A DNA stretch of 64,000 nt from the NCBI GenBank assembly GCA_028534125.1, contig CM052848.1, positions 11,656,001 to 11,720,000 on the forward strand. The letters run 5' to 3'. The position numbers were made by a program, and so were the translations under genes. The stretch is from Lama glama (Eukaryota). This document shows positions 12,057 through 25,295 of this stretch, piece after piece (the stretch's first letter is position 1; the number at the start of each line of letters is the position of its first letter). The notes beneath the pieces were generated by a model, which made no database searches, was not told the origin of the DNA, and worked only from the letters and a program-made list of their open reading frames with translations.

Positions 12057-14332
12057 GTTAAATACGAACAAGGACTCATTTAACCTGAAAGTTCTCTTCC
12101 TCCAGCTCAAGGTCGGGGGCAGAGCGCGACCTGGCCGGGGGCAGGGCCAGCACCGTCTGGGGTCTCCCTTCACTCTCCAGTCAACACGTCATCATCTAGG
12201 AAGCTGTGTCACAGCACAAGGTCACCTTTCGACGCAGAATATCCAGAAACTCGAGGTTTTGTCCACAGAAAACTGGGAAAGAACCCCACGTCACGGCAGC
12301 GGCTATGTTTTCTGAGGTCGTGTCCTTGAAGCCAGGATAAGACAGGAGCCACATAAGGAAAGACATTCTGCTGTATTGTATTTTATTGTATTATTTTATT
12401 GAATGATTTGCTATTTAATTTAATGTGTTATTTTTTTTCCTTTCTGGCCTAATCCCACTCATTTTTATGTAGAAATTTGCTCTTCCAAACCACCTCCAGG
12501 CCCACCCCCAGCCCCACGGTGCCTGGGCACCCCCAGCCTCCTGTTTCAGGGATCTGAGCAGGCGGACATGACCACCTTCACTGGTCCTGAAAACACCTAT
12601 GAATATTGTCACTCGCAGCATTTGACTGCCATGCAGCCTCACCTCCTCTTAGAAAACCACCTGACCAGTGTCTTGTCTCAGGCAGAGTAAGTTCACAGTG
12701 AGTTAAATTTTCAGCATAATCCATGGCTGCTTACAAATGAAACGCTGAATTTTATAAGGTAAAATTTCCGTCTGCCTGTCTTCTCTCCCAGGGCCCTCGA
12801 TCCACCTGGTAAAGCAACTTACCAGCAAAACACTGTTCCCGCCTGAGACTCTGTTTCTCCATCTGCCTACTGAGTCAGGGTCATAATCCCAACTGACTTC
12901 TCCAGATTCCGAGGTCAAGTACAACCATCTGAAATGTTCTGAAATGGGCTATGTCGCACATTAGTGATTGTTAGTCTATGGATTACTATGAAGATAGACG
13001 CCATGACTTTCAAAGGTTTTGGACCGTGGCCAAAAAAAGAAACACATTTTCTCTCACACACCAAGAACACACCTGTGTGATCATGGCCGATACAAAAGTT
13101 TCCCACAAGAATACAGCTTCACTCTCTGTGAAGCATCCGGGATTCCCTATTGCACAGATATATGACGCTCAGACCTCAGGATGCTCCTAGATGGCATTTG
13201 AAATGAATTCTTCTTGTACATTACGTACTTGCATGAACATTGAAATGAGATGAACATTGAAAATGTTAGTGTAGGTGGGAGCCACCAGGGCCAGTATGAA
13301 GCCTCTCTATGAATTAGGAAGAGGCCACCTCCCTCCAGGGCCAGAGTCTGCAGCCTGGAGAGAGGGGCAGGCCTGGATTGCAGCCCCTACCTGCCCACTC
13401 AGCTGGAAGCCTTCGCTGAAAGCTCAGCCCTGCACTGAAACCCCATCAGTATTGGGGTTGGGGGAAGGGAGGAGGACAAGGTACGAAGAAGCATTTTGCA
13501 GGTCTGTGAAATCGATCTGGGGGTAACGTGGACGGTGCAGGGTCTTTCCAGTTTGTGTGTGGCTGGTCAGATGCAGCCCGCAATGTAAAGATGGTCAAGG
13601 AAGTGAAGGAACCACAGACGAACTGGCTCCGTGCTGACTCTGAAACACTGTGAGAAACGGAGTGGAAAGTAAGGGAGAGAACCGTGGGGTCAGATTGTCC
13701 AAAATCTGCCCTTGTGTCCATCGTGAAGCTCCTCAAATTAACAACGAGGTCTTGAGGAACATCTTATTTCTGATTCTGCTGCAAATTCTGGGCACCATCT
13801 TATCCATCCCCAGACATCCCCCTCCATCCTAACCCCAGAAACAGAGGCTGGGAGAAGATGTCCCGAAGTTTCTCCTCCTTGAGGCATCCGACCTCTGTAG
13901 TCATCATTCCTGTCATCACACAAGGTGCGACCAGCAAAATGTGACATCAGAGCATTTCCCAGCCCCCCCACCGGAAGGTCCTTCTGATCAGGTAATTCAC
14001 TGGCCAGTCTGCCCTGCCATGGGCCGGTAAGGACATGGAACTCTGTTGGACTCCCAAGGTCATTCTTCTTCAAGTGCATAGCAGAGTGCACCGTTTGGAA
14101 CGGCCAAGAAACAAACACAAAGAAAGATGACCAAAACACGAGCTGGTCCTTTGAACATTCAGAATCTGAGTCTTTACTTTAGAGGTGCGCCTTTCCTGCG
14201 CAACACAATACTCACCGTGACCTTGACTTCTGCTAGGTGACATACTACGCTGAATTGTTTTCATTAATGTCACATGGGCAGATGGAGCAAAATAACAAAG
14301 AATCCAGTTTCTTCCTAATGCCTCTTCCTCCC

Positions 14333-14335
<3 letters not shown>

Positions 14336-14383
<48 letters not shown>
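14336..14383. repeat. (CA)24 microsatellite
   Basis: Perfect CA dinucleotide run. Confidence 0.98.
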
Positions 14384-14385
<2 letters not shown>

Positions 14386-14532
14386 TCAGAGCAAAGGCCA
14401 TTTTTAGAGGAAAGCATTGAATTTGAACAAAAAAAAAATCGTATTTTATTCCCAAACATTTTGTAAGTACGTAATGTACAAGAAGAATTCATTTTAGTCC
14501 CTTTTTCTCCATTTGTTTTTGTTTTAATAACT

Positions 14533-14832
14533 GTTTTCTCCAGTTTTATCAAACTACAGTGGACATACAACATTGCATAAATTTAAGGTGTGCAGCAGAG
14601 TGACTCGATGGGTGAAGATATTGTGAAGCCATCACCACAGTTAAGTGTAGTTCACATCCTTCCCCCATACACAGTTACAATTTTCTTTTCCTTGTGATGA
14701 GAACTTCCAAGACCTACTGTCTTAGCAATTTTCAAATATAAAGAACTGTGCTGTTAACAGTCAGCCCCCTGTACGTTACCCATTCCGAGAACTTACTCAT
14801 CGTGTACCTGGAAGCACCTTGTACCTTTTGGC
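14533..14832 (-). mobile_element. L1 3' end fragment (L1MA-type)
   Basis: Antisense L1 3'UTR signatures: AAATTTAAGGTGTGCA, CATCACCACAGTTAAG, GTGATGAGAACTT..AAGACCTACTGTCTTAGCAATTTTCAAATAT. Confidence 0.8.
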
Positions 14833-16029
14833 CTTGTCCTTTTTCATAGCTGTTTTTAAAACTCAACAGCAAGAATTGTTCTCTCAAAAGGGTGAGTATT
14901 TTGAAATGTCTTACAATTTCAAGGTACTGGCAAAATAACTAAATCCATTTTTTCTATTCTTCACATGAAGCATGTCTTTCTGCTGATGGGGCTTGGTTCA
15001 TTAACGGCTAAAGGTAATTATCAACAGTGCAGGAGACTTACTCTGCATCCGACACACGTGGGCCTGGGGGTGGTACCCTCCTCTGTGACTGGTGTGGGAA
15101 CCAGCAGCCTCAACGCCATCAGGTCATCTACAGGACATGGAGGCTTCGGTCCTTGGAAAATCCACCTTATTATCTGCTTTGCCTCTTCTCTTTTGTGCTA
15201 TACTGCTACCTGAAAATCATCGTGCTGTCAAAAACGTCTTTTCCATCCTATTCCCCAATAGGATGTTCTTTTGAGGCTCTTAAGACAGTAGGAGGTGTGG
15301 TAAGAAAGGAGGAGTCTCCCTTGTGCAGAGGAAGCCAGCCGGCAGCTCTTGCTTAATCTTGTGTCATAAAGGACCTTGGCCAGTGTCAACCCAGAGCTGT
15401 GTCCTCTACCTGGCCTTATCAAAAATTCACTTGTTTTTCAGATTTTTACCCAGAATAGCATCTTAGGGGTCTGAGGTTTTTCACAGTCGTCACTGGATGG
15501 AAGGCAACCACCACTGTGATCTTTTCTCTGCTGCCACCTGCCTCTCTCACTTGCCTATGAGCTGCATATACAGTCCTCAAGTCTCTTGATCATCAGGGCA
15601 TCTTTCTCCCCTGTTTTCTTTATGAACTTTTAGGGAACGGAGAGGAAGCAGATTGGACGGGCTCCCAAGGGATGTAGATCCATCTACAAAGATGTCAGTG
15701 GGTCATTATCCAAATTTTAATATCAGAGAAGCTTCAAGAACTTAGGTTTGAGTATAGAGGGAAGGGCTCCCACTCTGAGGATGTGGTGCAACCCAGAGTC
15801 TCTGGGCAGTGATGCCATTGCAGTGGGTTGGGGAGGAGAGGCAGGCAAACACAAAGTCCCGGGGGTCACATCTGTGTTGAAGCAGGACCCTCTGCCACCA
15901 GCATCACCGCTGTGGGCTGGGCTCCCGTCACCACACTAGAAGAGGGAGGTCCCTGGATAAACAAGCCCCACCAGACGTGTTCAAACAGGGCTTCCGGGAG
16001 GATACAGGGCACGGGAAGCTCTCTAGCAC

Positions 16030-16580
16030 GCAATCACCAAGCCTCCCTGTCAGTGCCTTCACATCCATGCGCTGCCCTTCTCACCCAGAGTGGACCTCCC
16101 TGCCTGGACCCTCTGGAGTTAATTTCTCATTCCTTGATGCCAGCCCTTTCACTGACCCTGCCTTTTGGATGCCAGTTCCCTAACCAGGATCATGATTTGC
16201 AAGCAGACATCCTGGACTCCGGGGCGGCCTTTCTAGGTCTGAGACACCCGGCCGTCTCTCCCTTTGACGGCCACCCTCTCTGTGCTTGACTTCCGCCCCG
16301 AGTGCCCTATTCCCCCTTGCCCAGCAGAAGACTGTCTTTTCTGACTTCAAAACTCAGAACCCTTCTCTCTGTTCTCTTGGCATCCTATTTATACCTCTAT
16401 TTTCACTCTTACTGCATTATATTGTAACGGTTTGTGGACTTTATGGTCTATCTCACAAACCATGAGCACCAGGAAAATAGGAAAAATCAGAAGTGTCACT
16501 TCTAGTTCCAGAAATATTCCAGAAAAAAAAATCTATTAATTATATATGTTCAATAAATGTTTGTTGAGTGAATAAATGAA
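16030..16580 (+). mobile_element. L2 LINE 3' relic
   Basis: Ends in the typical L2 tail TTCAATAAATGTTTGTTGAGTGAATAAATGAA, preceded by TTCAAAACTCAG and CACTCTTACTGCATTATATTGTAA-type L2 motifs. Confidence 0.7.
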
Positions 16581-17116
16581 AATGAGCCTGCCTGATTTGT
16601 GGACTTCATGTAACCAGCCACCCTAAAACAGTCAAATCTCCATATTTAATTGGCCAAACACACAGATAAAAAGCTGTTTAAAATGGGTCTATCATTTTGC
16701 CTAATTTTAGATACACTGTTTAATTCAGACATATGAGTGTGTTACAGATATAAATTCTATAATGTCAGCTTACCACCAATGGGAGATGGAACCTTAGTCA
16801 TCACACTTATTTTGAATTTAACTTAGAGCTGCACATTGTATGACTAAGCTATAACCCAATGAATGAACACATGTGGAAATCCTATTACTTACTTACTGCT
16901 TATAAGATGGTTATCCAGATGAGTTAATTTTTAAACTAACAGAAGACATAATTTTGATAATAAATTATACAGATTTAAAATTTCTTAAATCAGTATAATA
17001 TTTGATCTGAGTAAGTTTTTTTTTCCCTACTTGGAAATGAAACTAATGGACTCTTTATAACGTTTGAGAATGCTATTAATTTCCCAGGGAGGACCTGAGG
17101 AAATTTGTTTTCACAG

Positions 17117-17369
17117 TTGAAGAAAGACCATGGGGACAAAACTTTGCACCAATTTGATAACCCCTTCAGTTGTAGTAATTGAGTGTTTTCTGTGTCTTTT
17201 ACTCCCCCCTGTTATGGCACTAGTGGTGCCGCTGGCAGATGAAACCCTTCTTGCCAGCTTGCCACCAGGAAGGACGTGCACTGACTTCTTGTTCCCAGGG
17301 CTCAGAACCCAAAGACGGGTATTGGCAGAATCATGGCTGCAGGTTGTTAGCCATGGTTCAGTTTTCCAG
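17117..17369 (+). other. Candidate 253-nt exon with Kozak ATG and 80 open codons
   Basis: Acceptor TTTGTTTTCACAG (ends 17116), ACCATGG at 17130, frame open to a strong donor CAG|GTGAGG at a codon boundary (17369/17370). No known protein recognised. Confidence 0.3.
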
Positions 17370-17729
17370 GTGAGGAGGCTGGGCGAGGGTCCAAGGTGAA
17401 ATTCTGCCTTTCTTAGCATCGTCCTCTGGAGACCTCTTCACGCCACAGACTTGGCCTGGATACTTCAAAGCACCTTCAGTAGATTCTGTAAGAATCCTGG
17501 CTATTCTGTTTACTCTCTTTTCCATGTTCTTGATTGGGACAGCACACATTTCTTCCTGTGGCCTGGCTCAGGAAAGCTTGTGAAATAAGAATAAGAATAT
17601 TTTAGCCAATTGAATTTTGGAAAAAAAAATGGTGTGTCATTCATGATTCTTTGTTACCTTAGGTTTTGTTTTTAATTCAAGCTCAGACACCAGGGGCATC
17701 CGTCCTGGAGCAGAGTCAACCAGTGGAGG

Positions 17730-17843
17730 AGCCGGCTTCCCTGAAGGGCAGTGACTTACCAAGGGCAACGCCAGCCGCGTGGGATAAGAGCAGAAGGGCT
17801 GGGCTTTTGACTGTCAGCCCAGATGCTTCCCCCTAAACCATGT
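17730..17843 (-). mobile_element. MIR SINE relic
   Basis: GTGACTTACCAAGGGCAAC...TTTGACTGTCAGCCCAGATGCTT...AAACCATG resembles antisense MIR. Confidence 0.5.
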
Positions 17844-17863
17844 CCAGTTCAAACCATGTCTCT

Positions 17864-17948
17864 TTTCTTCCTTCCTCCCTCCCTCCCTCCCTTCCTTCCT
17901 TCCTTCCTTCCTTCCTTCCTTCCTTCCTCTTTCTTTCTCTCTCCCTTT
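17864..17948. repeat. (CCTT/CCCT)n polypyrimidine microsatellite
   Basis: TTCTTCCTTCCTCCCTCCCTCCCTCCCTTCCTTCCTTCC... Confidence 0.92.
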
Positions 17949-20239
17949 CAGTTCATGCAAGGCATGAACAGAAGCTCTAAGAAGTTTAAATCAGCCCATT
18001 CAAAGAATAGATAAAACTCAATTCTTTCTTCCCATCTATATATTTTTTTTCAGATTCTTCTGCTCTAAAATAGTGAGCGTTAGCAATACATACTGTCTTT
18101 TTTCCAAGACACATTACTCTTTCATAAGTGTGAGTTTTAAAAATAGTTTTGCTAAGAAAGTTGGGTCAGAGACCACCGTTGGGAAGTGAAGACACAGGCG
18201 GAAGCTGACGAGGCAAAGTGCTCAGGGCCAGTCATGACTCAGCCCAAGCTCGCCTGGACTTCAGAATGTAATTTATTCCAGAGAAGGGCCAAGTTCCAGA
18301 CTATGCAACTTACACATGAAAAGGCAACCCAAACAAGACTACTTTACTGAATTTTAAATAGAAGTCTTAAATTGCTAGCAAGTAAGCATAAAATTCCAAG
18401 TTTTACTGTGCAGAATCCGAAAGTGTAGGCTCGCAGATGGACAAATAAGCAGGAAAAAGATGACTAGAATGAGAACCAGAATCACCTTCTTTACAATATT
18501 AAAGTCGCAGTGTAGGATGCATTAGCGTTTGTTGGAAGAAAAATTTTTTTTTTACTTGTATGTAGGTTTCCTGGTCTTCCTGACCAATATACAATCAAGA
18601 TACAGTTAAGTGTGAAATTCCCCTTTTATGTGTTTCATGTTCAATTACAGACTTAAAATTTTGAGGGGGCTCACCCATGACTCTTAGAAAGCTGTTACCC
18701 ACGCAATGGAGATCTGAACGAACCCTCGTAACGGGAGCTTCTATTTGCATCTCACGTTACAGTTTTCCGGATGTTCTGCTGTCTCATATATTTGATCATC
18801 ATGTAGACTCTGGAGTACATTTTACCTTCCACAGTTTTCCACGTCCAGGCCAAAACATGGGCCACTCTGTCGAAGACAGGACACCTGGATGAGACCCCCA
18901 GGAAGTGGCCCCTGGGGTTAAATCCCAAAAGGCCAGTGCTTGTGAAAATCAAGTCGTGATTAGAAATAATGGTCTATAAAAATCCCAGGCTCAGCGGAGA
19001 GGAGCACGGGGTGAAAGAGGAAGGTCTCCGACACAAAACAAGTCTGTCTTTTAGGCCAAATGCTATCACCCTGGGGTCTCCTGCTCTGTTTACTCGTAGG
19101 GAAGGGCCCGGGGGTCACGGTGGAACGTCCTGACCCCGCAGGTGTACACAGGCTTTGAAGAGGGACCGAGAGTATTCTAAGTACAGCTGCAGCTGAAATC
19201 AAACCTAGAGAAGTCAGATTTGGGTAATAAAACACTTACATCCAGTAAATAGAACCAATGATACTAGTTTTTCTTTCTGGTTTTCCGTGGGTACCAAGCA
19301 TCGTTTCTTGGGCTCGTTTTGAACCCTGTGCGCATGTGCGTACGCTTGTGTATGCATCACAAATGCAACTCCGAATGCTTAAGTGCGTGGTAAAAAGGTG
19401 AGAACTTGCAAGGCAGATAAAATCAGCCCCAAAGAGCCAGTGTTGTTATTTGCATACAAAATAACCTTTAAATGTCCAATGCTAACTCTGCTAGGTTTGA
19501 CCTTACAGGAGCCTGGATTCTTAGCATTGGTTTATAACACTCATACAATCAGAGGAAAACAATTTTTAAATATCGAAAATAAGTAACACTGAAAGACGAA
19601 TATTTCACGAGGCATTGTGCAGTTCGAAACGTAACCAGAAACAGGTTGGCTGTTTCGAATATGAATGAAAATTCTGAGTTTGTTTGGCTTGGGTCCTGTT
19701 TTTACAGTCACTCTCAAAGTAAGGGAAGCAATGAAAGATATTTTTAACAATGATCTATCTATAAATTCAAAGCAGTCTCAGGGTTTAACAGAATTTCATA
19801 CTATCTTACGGCTTGGGATGAACTGAATAGATTTATACGTAAATTTCCCCAAACAAATCATTTGAGGCACTATCGTATGTGGAAAGATTCTGTACCAAGA
19901 ATTTTTTTTTCCCCCAGAAAGATATGGATGAATTAACACCATAAGCTTGAAATGGTAATTTTATGTTAATCACCCTCTTCGTTGCGGAGTGCCTCGGTAC
20001 TTCTGTGCAAGGCACTAGCGTGCTCTTGTGCGTGACTGTGTGCGTGTCTGTGCCTACGTGTGTGTCTCCATCTCTCAACGTTCATTTGTGAGCCTGCTTT
20101 TCGCCGAAGCCAGTTCCAAATGAAGAAATAAATGTCCTTGACATTCCATTTAATAGACAGTGGGTGGTTCCATTGTAAGGAGCAGATGATGTAAGGTTTT
20201 GCACTTGGCACTCTTTTTCTTTATTGGGGCTACAAACTC

Positions 20240-20451
20240 NNNNNNNNNNNNNNNNNNNNNNNNNNNNNNNNNNNNNNNNNNNNNNNNNNNNNNNNNNNNN
20301 NNNNNNNNNNNNNNNNNNNNNNNNNNNNNNNNNNNNNNNNNNNNNNNNNNNNNNNNNNNNNNNNNNNNNNNNNNNNNNNNNNNNNNNNNNNNNNNNNNNN
20401 NNNNNNNNNNNNNNNNNNNNNNNNNNNNNNNNNNNNNNNNNNNNNNNNNNN
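20240..20451. other. Assembly gap (212 N)
   Basis: Run of N. Confidence 0.99.
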
Positions 20452-20719
20452 GATCAGCTGCTTATAGTTTCTGATGCTTAAAAAAAAAAGGACAAACAAG
20501 CAGAAGTCTATTCTGAATAACACTCATCTTACTATAAATACTCGTTTGTTTAGCAAACCCTGCATTTTAATGAGGCTTGAAAGGCAGACTTTACCTGGGT
20601 TTCTGCTCGTCTCCTTGAAAAGCGCTGAAGTCTGCCCCCTTTACCTTCCCTTAAAAGGTAGACGTAAGAGCATGAGGCACCTCTGATGACAAGGATTCTT
20701 CCAGCTCAGATTTGCTGAA

Positions 20720-20931
20720 ACGATTAGACATTATTTATCTAATTAAATGTTCAAAACACATCATTATTGAAAGGAATAAATTTGGTACATTTGTTGAGCA
20801 GAGTTAACTGAAATGTAACTGCACATCATTTGACTTTTTAACATTTTATTATATCTATTAAGTCATTCTGTGCTTAATTAAATCAACTGATTTTTTACAG
20901 TTAATTTAACGTGATTTCATTTTCGTTTCAG
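20720..20931 (+). promoter_or_regulatory. AT-rich TAAT-dense block ending in a branch point and splice acceptor
   Basis: CTAATTAAAT, TTAATTAAATCAA, branch-like TTTAAC (~20905-20910) and TTTCATTTTCGTTTCAG with AG ending at 20931. Confidence 0.35.
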
Positions 20932-22213
20932 ATTCTGAGTCAGATATCGTGGAGAAAGCCAACTGTATACATGCATTAGCTCTGAGGCTCCCGGTGCCCC
21001 CTGGCATTTCATTCAAGTCTGGAAGCTTCTGGGGATGACTCTGATTTTAAACGGACGCTATGTCTCACATAGTCGAAAGCTGACTGTTCACCATCTTTTT
21101 TTCTAATGCAATCATTCTTCAGGTTACAGACTCATCAGATCTGCACTATTTGCATTCTTGATCATGGCCAGCATTGGGAAGAAAAATTTTTTTGTAATGC
21201 TTGGGAAAAAAATACGAATAAAAACTTGAAGGGATCAGCATTAGTTGCTGCCCCCTGGGAGTCATACTTCTCAAAAGTCCCCGAGGGAATGAGGTGTCTG
21301 AATGGTAACACTGCCCATCCCCAGAAGGCACCCAGTATTGGAGGGGCAATACCTATGGGGGAGGGCATCATAGAAAAAGTTATCATTATTACATTCAGAT
21401 GAGGACCTCTTACTCATCAATATTTAGCAGGGTTCTTTTCTTTGCAAGAACCCCAAATTCTAAAGTTGAGGGGAGAGGAGAGCAGAATTCAAGCCACACG
21501 TTTTGGGTACCAATGAACTGCAGGGGACTGTGCGACCGAGGAATGGAGGGGGCGATGTGGGATGTTCACATCTCCCCGAGAAGCGTTAAAATGGAGAGCC
21601 TGGCTGGAACCAAGCAGGAAGGAAGATGCGAAGGTTGCGGGTGGTGGTGGGAAATTCTAATTAGACATTTACGTCAGCTTACAAAACTCCTTGTTCTCCC
21701 AAATGTTGGAGTGTTTCATGTTCTGTCATGAATCGAGGGTCCTAACAGGGAGGGCTTTCTGAAACCCTCATGGACCCATCAGGGTGGTGAATTTGAAACG
21801 TGGCCACAAATGCATTCGCTTGAGATGAACCACCCCATCCCAGAGAACAAAGTCGGGGGGGGGTGGGGGTGAGAAGAGAGAGAGAGAGAAAGGAAAAGAG
21901 GAGAAAATGAACGCATGTGCCAATGCATCCTCCCCTCCAAGGGCCTCCGACATTTATCACAAATACTTGCTCCTTCTGCTCCGGGGGCCCCACTCCTGGC
22001 TACTCTGTGGCCACTTGGACTGGCTTCGGTTCACCGGGGAAGAGTTCACGATCACAAATATGGCCCAAAAGATTTTTTTCATTACCCTCCAACATTTCCT
22101 TTCACCTCCCACCTCAAGGCAAGGCCTTGGCTTTCCCTTTGGAGCTGGGAATATAAAGACGTGGGGCCATCCGGGCTGACCCGGAGGGCCGAGCTGTCAA
22201 TCACTGCCTCCCC

Positions 22214-22481
22214 NNNNNNNNNNNNNNNNNNNNNNNNNNNNNNNNNNNNNNNNNNNNNNNNNNNNNNNNNNNNNNNNNNNNNNNNNNNNNNNNNNNNNNN
22301 NNNNNNNNNNNNNNNNNNNNNNNNNNNNNNNNNNNNNNNNNNNNNNNNNNNNNNNNNNNNNNNNNNNNNNNNNNNNNNNNNNNNNNNNNNNNNNNNNNNN
22401 NNNNNNNNNNNNNNNNNNNNNNNNNNNNNNNNNNNNNNNNNNNNNNNNNNNNNNNNNNNNNNNNNNNNNNNNNNNNNNNNN
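22214..22481. other. Assembly gap (268 N)
   Basis: Run of N flanked by CCCC and GGGG. Confidence 0.99.
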
Positions 22482-23438
22482 GGGGTGGAGATGCAGATTT
22501 GTGCCATTCTAAGCTGGCCTTTCTTTGATTTCCAGAAGACAGTTGGACCAGGTCCCCAGCTCCAGGACACACCAGAATTATTTTTTCACATGTTCCGCCC
22601 CTGACGGCCAGTAAAATCGGCTGCTGAACTGGGTGGGCCCGTGCCCAGGGCTGGTCCTGAGTAGGGTCAGAGCAGGGTGCTGAGAAGTTTGGGACATTTT
22701 CTGGAGCCGCAGGACCCGCATCTCACCAGCCCCTTGAAAGTGGGCCTGCGGCACGGCTGGGGTGGGAAACACGAAGGGGAGGCTTGGTGCTGGGTATTCA
22801 TGTCTGGATGCTCTGAGAGAAAAAAGGCAGCAGGGAAACGGATGTGTTTATTCCTGCCTCCCAAGTGCAATTTGTGGTGGTGGTGGTTTTTTTGTTTTTT
22901 GGTTTTTTTTCTTTTTTTTCCCCCAAGATCAAGTTTGCCATTCAAAGTGATTGGCAGTCATCCTGGAGAAAGTAAAGAGGCAACAACCATCCTCCAGAAA
23001 TGTTGAGTCATCTTCACATCACCTCTGCAGCTGAGCAGACCCCTCCGATGGCTTCTACCCCCAAGACCCAGGCTGTTACTGGAAGGAGCCTGGACGGCAA
23101 GATGGCAGACGCGGTTTATGTAGAATAAGTGATTTCTTATAATTGTTTGGAGGATGTTCCCAAAGGAAGGAGTGCTTCTCTGGTTTCTTTTAACAGATCG
23201 GTTCTGATTGCCCTGATGTCTGCCTGGGACATCTGCTCAAGGTCTACCGGTAAACGGCAGCCAGGGTACCACGAGCTGTTGCTACCTGAAACCTGTTCAG
23301 GTGGTTCTGCCCATCTCCCGTTTCACTTAACAAAAAAAAAAAAAAAAAAAAGCAGTTTCACAAAAATACTGACTTCCACTCTCCCTGAGGGCTTCTGGTG
23401 TTCGTTTGCTCTAAGTAGCTCATGATTTACAGTACAAA

Positions 23439-24019
23439 NNNNNNNNNNNNNNNNNNNNNNNNNNNNNNNNNNNNNNNNNNNNNNNNNNNNNNNNNNNNNN
23501 NNNNNNNNNNNNNNNNNNNNNNNNNNNNNNNNNNNNNNNNNNNNNNNNNNNNNNNNNNNNNNNNNNNNNNNNNNNNNNNNNNNNNNNNNNNNNNNNNNNN
23601 NNNNNNNNNNNNNNNNNNNNNNNNNNNNNNNNNNNNNNNNNNNNNNNNNNNNNNNNNNNNNNNNNNNNNNNNNNNNNNNNNNNNNNNNNNNNNNNNNNNN
23701 NNNNNNNNNNNNNNNNNNNNNNNNNNNNNNNNNNNNNNNNNNNNNNNNNNNNNNNNNNNNNNGTGAATGGAGAGAAGCCGGTGACTCTGCCAGTGTTTCA
23801 TCTCTGCNNNNNNNNNNNNNNNNNNNNNNNNNNNNNNNNNNNNNNNNNNNNNNNNNNNNNNNNNNNNNNNNNNNNNNNNNNNNNNNNNNNNNNNNNNNNN
23901 NNNNNNNNNNNNNNNNNNNNNNNNNNNNNNNNNNNNNNNNNNNNNNNNNNNNNNNNNNNNNNNNNNNNNNNNNNNNNNNNNNNNNNNNNNNNNNNNNNNN
24001 NNNNNNNNNNNNNNNNNNN
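23439..24019. other. Two assembly gaps (23439-23762, 23808-24019) around a 45-bp island
   Basis: Runs of N. Confidence 0.99.
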
Positions 24020-25239
24020 ATTTGACTGCACTGCAGTGTGGAAAGCAGGTCGCCCTCTGCCCACCCCACTCCACCCCAACAAATAACAAAATAAGACCAC
24101 TCGGGTAGTTTAGGAAACGGTCTTGCTGTGGAGATTTTGTTGAAACCAGGAATCACCTCCGGTTTCTGTTTGGTGGTGAAGGGGAGATCCTGGTTATTCC
24201 ACCACCACGACATTTTTTTTTTTCTCTCTTTTTTTTTTTTTTCTTTTGCTCTGCTGTCAGCCAAGTAGAGGAAGGTGAGAGTCTTTGTTTGAATGTGAGA
24301 GCCACAGGACGGCAGGGAGATGAAACAGTATTTCCACCCGCAGCTGGAGGATTCCGAGCGTCCTCGTGGCCTGATCGGCATCGTTTCCAGGGCTGGTGGC
24401 ACAGGACTGGTTCTGTGATTGCCTGAGGACTAAATTAATGAGGTTACCGAGACACTGAACATTTGCATATTCACAGATGCTTTATTAGGTAGACGGTGAA
24501 TGCCAGGTGCGCTGAATTTGGGGGACGCAGGATTTGTTGGTGATTAACATCTTTTCGCTCCTTAGAAAAGGGGTGTTTTGCCACTCAAAAATAATATGCC
24601 GGCAAAACTCCTGCTTGATAACTCTCTGAATAATTATGATAGGCTAGAAAGCCGAGGCAAAGGAGGGTCTTGCCTGAAAGCAACAGAGAAGCCCCCGGGC
24701 TGCCCTGGCCATAGGCAGACCTGGATGCAGTGGTCCCAGAGCATAAAGGGCGTGGACGCTTTGCTCTGTTTGGAACGTGGGTTTTAATTATGCTGGTGGC
24801 GTGCACAGCGGAACAGGATGCCATCATCCCGAATGCAAAATTATCAATTGAAGGAGACCTTTACACTCGTAAACATCATCACGGACTGGTCGCCCTTACA
24901 AGCGGGAGCAGGGGAGAGCGTTTCTAAGAAAACGGTGCCCAAACCTGAATCACAGAATTGGCCTTGACTGTGTCTCTGAGGGGCATGGGTCCCTGGCTCT
25001 GTCCTCGGTGACTTCTGCTGGGGCTGGGTGCCATCACCTCGTTGGTGTCTCGTTACTGGGAGAAGTTCTGGGCTGCCCTGGGTCATGGCTTGGAGACGAC
25101 CTCCTCAGAGCTTAAAAGGGCGGATTTCATATTCCGCCCGTCCTTAGGAACGCTTCGCAAAGCAGAGTGAGGACTGTCCATGTTTTTCAGAGCCCTGGGC
25201 TGGGGGACAGCCTTTTTGCTACCATTTTATACAGGTAGG

Positions 25240-25295
25240 TTTTTTTTCTTTCAATTTCTTTTTTCTTTTTTTTTTTTTTTTCACCCTCTTTAAAG
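25240..25295 (+). other. Long polypyrimidine tract ending in a candidate acceptor
   Basis: ~50 nt T/C tract then TAAAG|GAAATG; directly preceded by CAG|GTAGGT at 25234/25235. Confidence 0.35.

Noticed and set aside
23323-24402. 359-aa ORF and the other long ORFs containing X runs (e.g. 722, 9710, 21915, 37576, 39617)
   Set aside because: Their length comes from translating through N gaps; the real residues show no recognisable domain.
24466-24505. miR-124 look-alike (TTAGGTAGACGGTGAATGCCA, 17/21 to miR-124-3p as I recall it, with ATTCACAG upstream)
   Set aside because: The mismatches fall mostly in the seed, the spacer is too short for a pre-miRNA loop and the stem is only ~6 bp; treated as chance.
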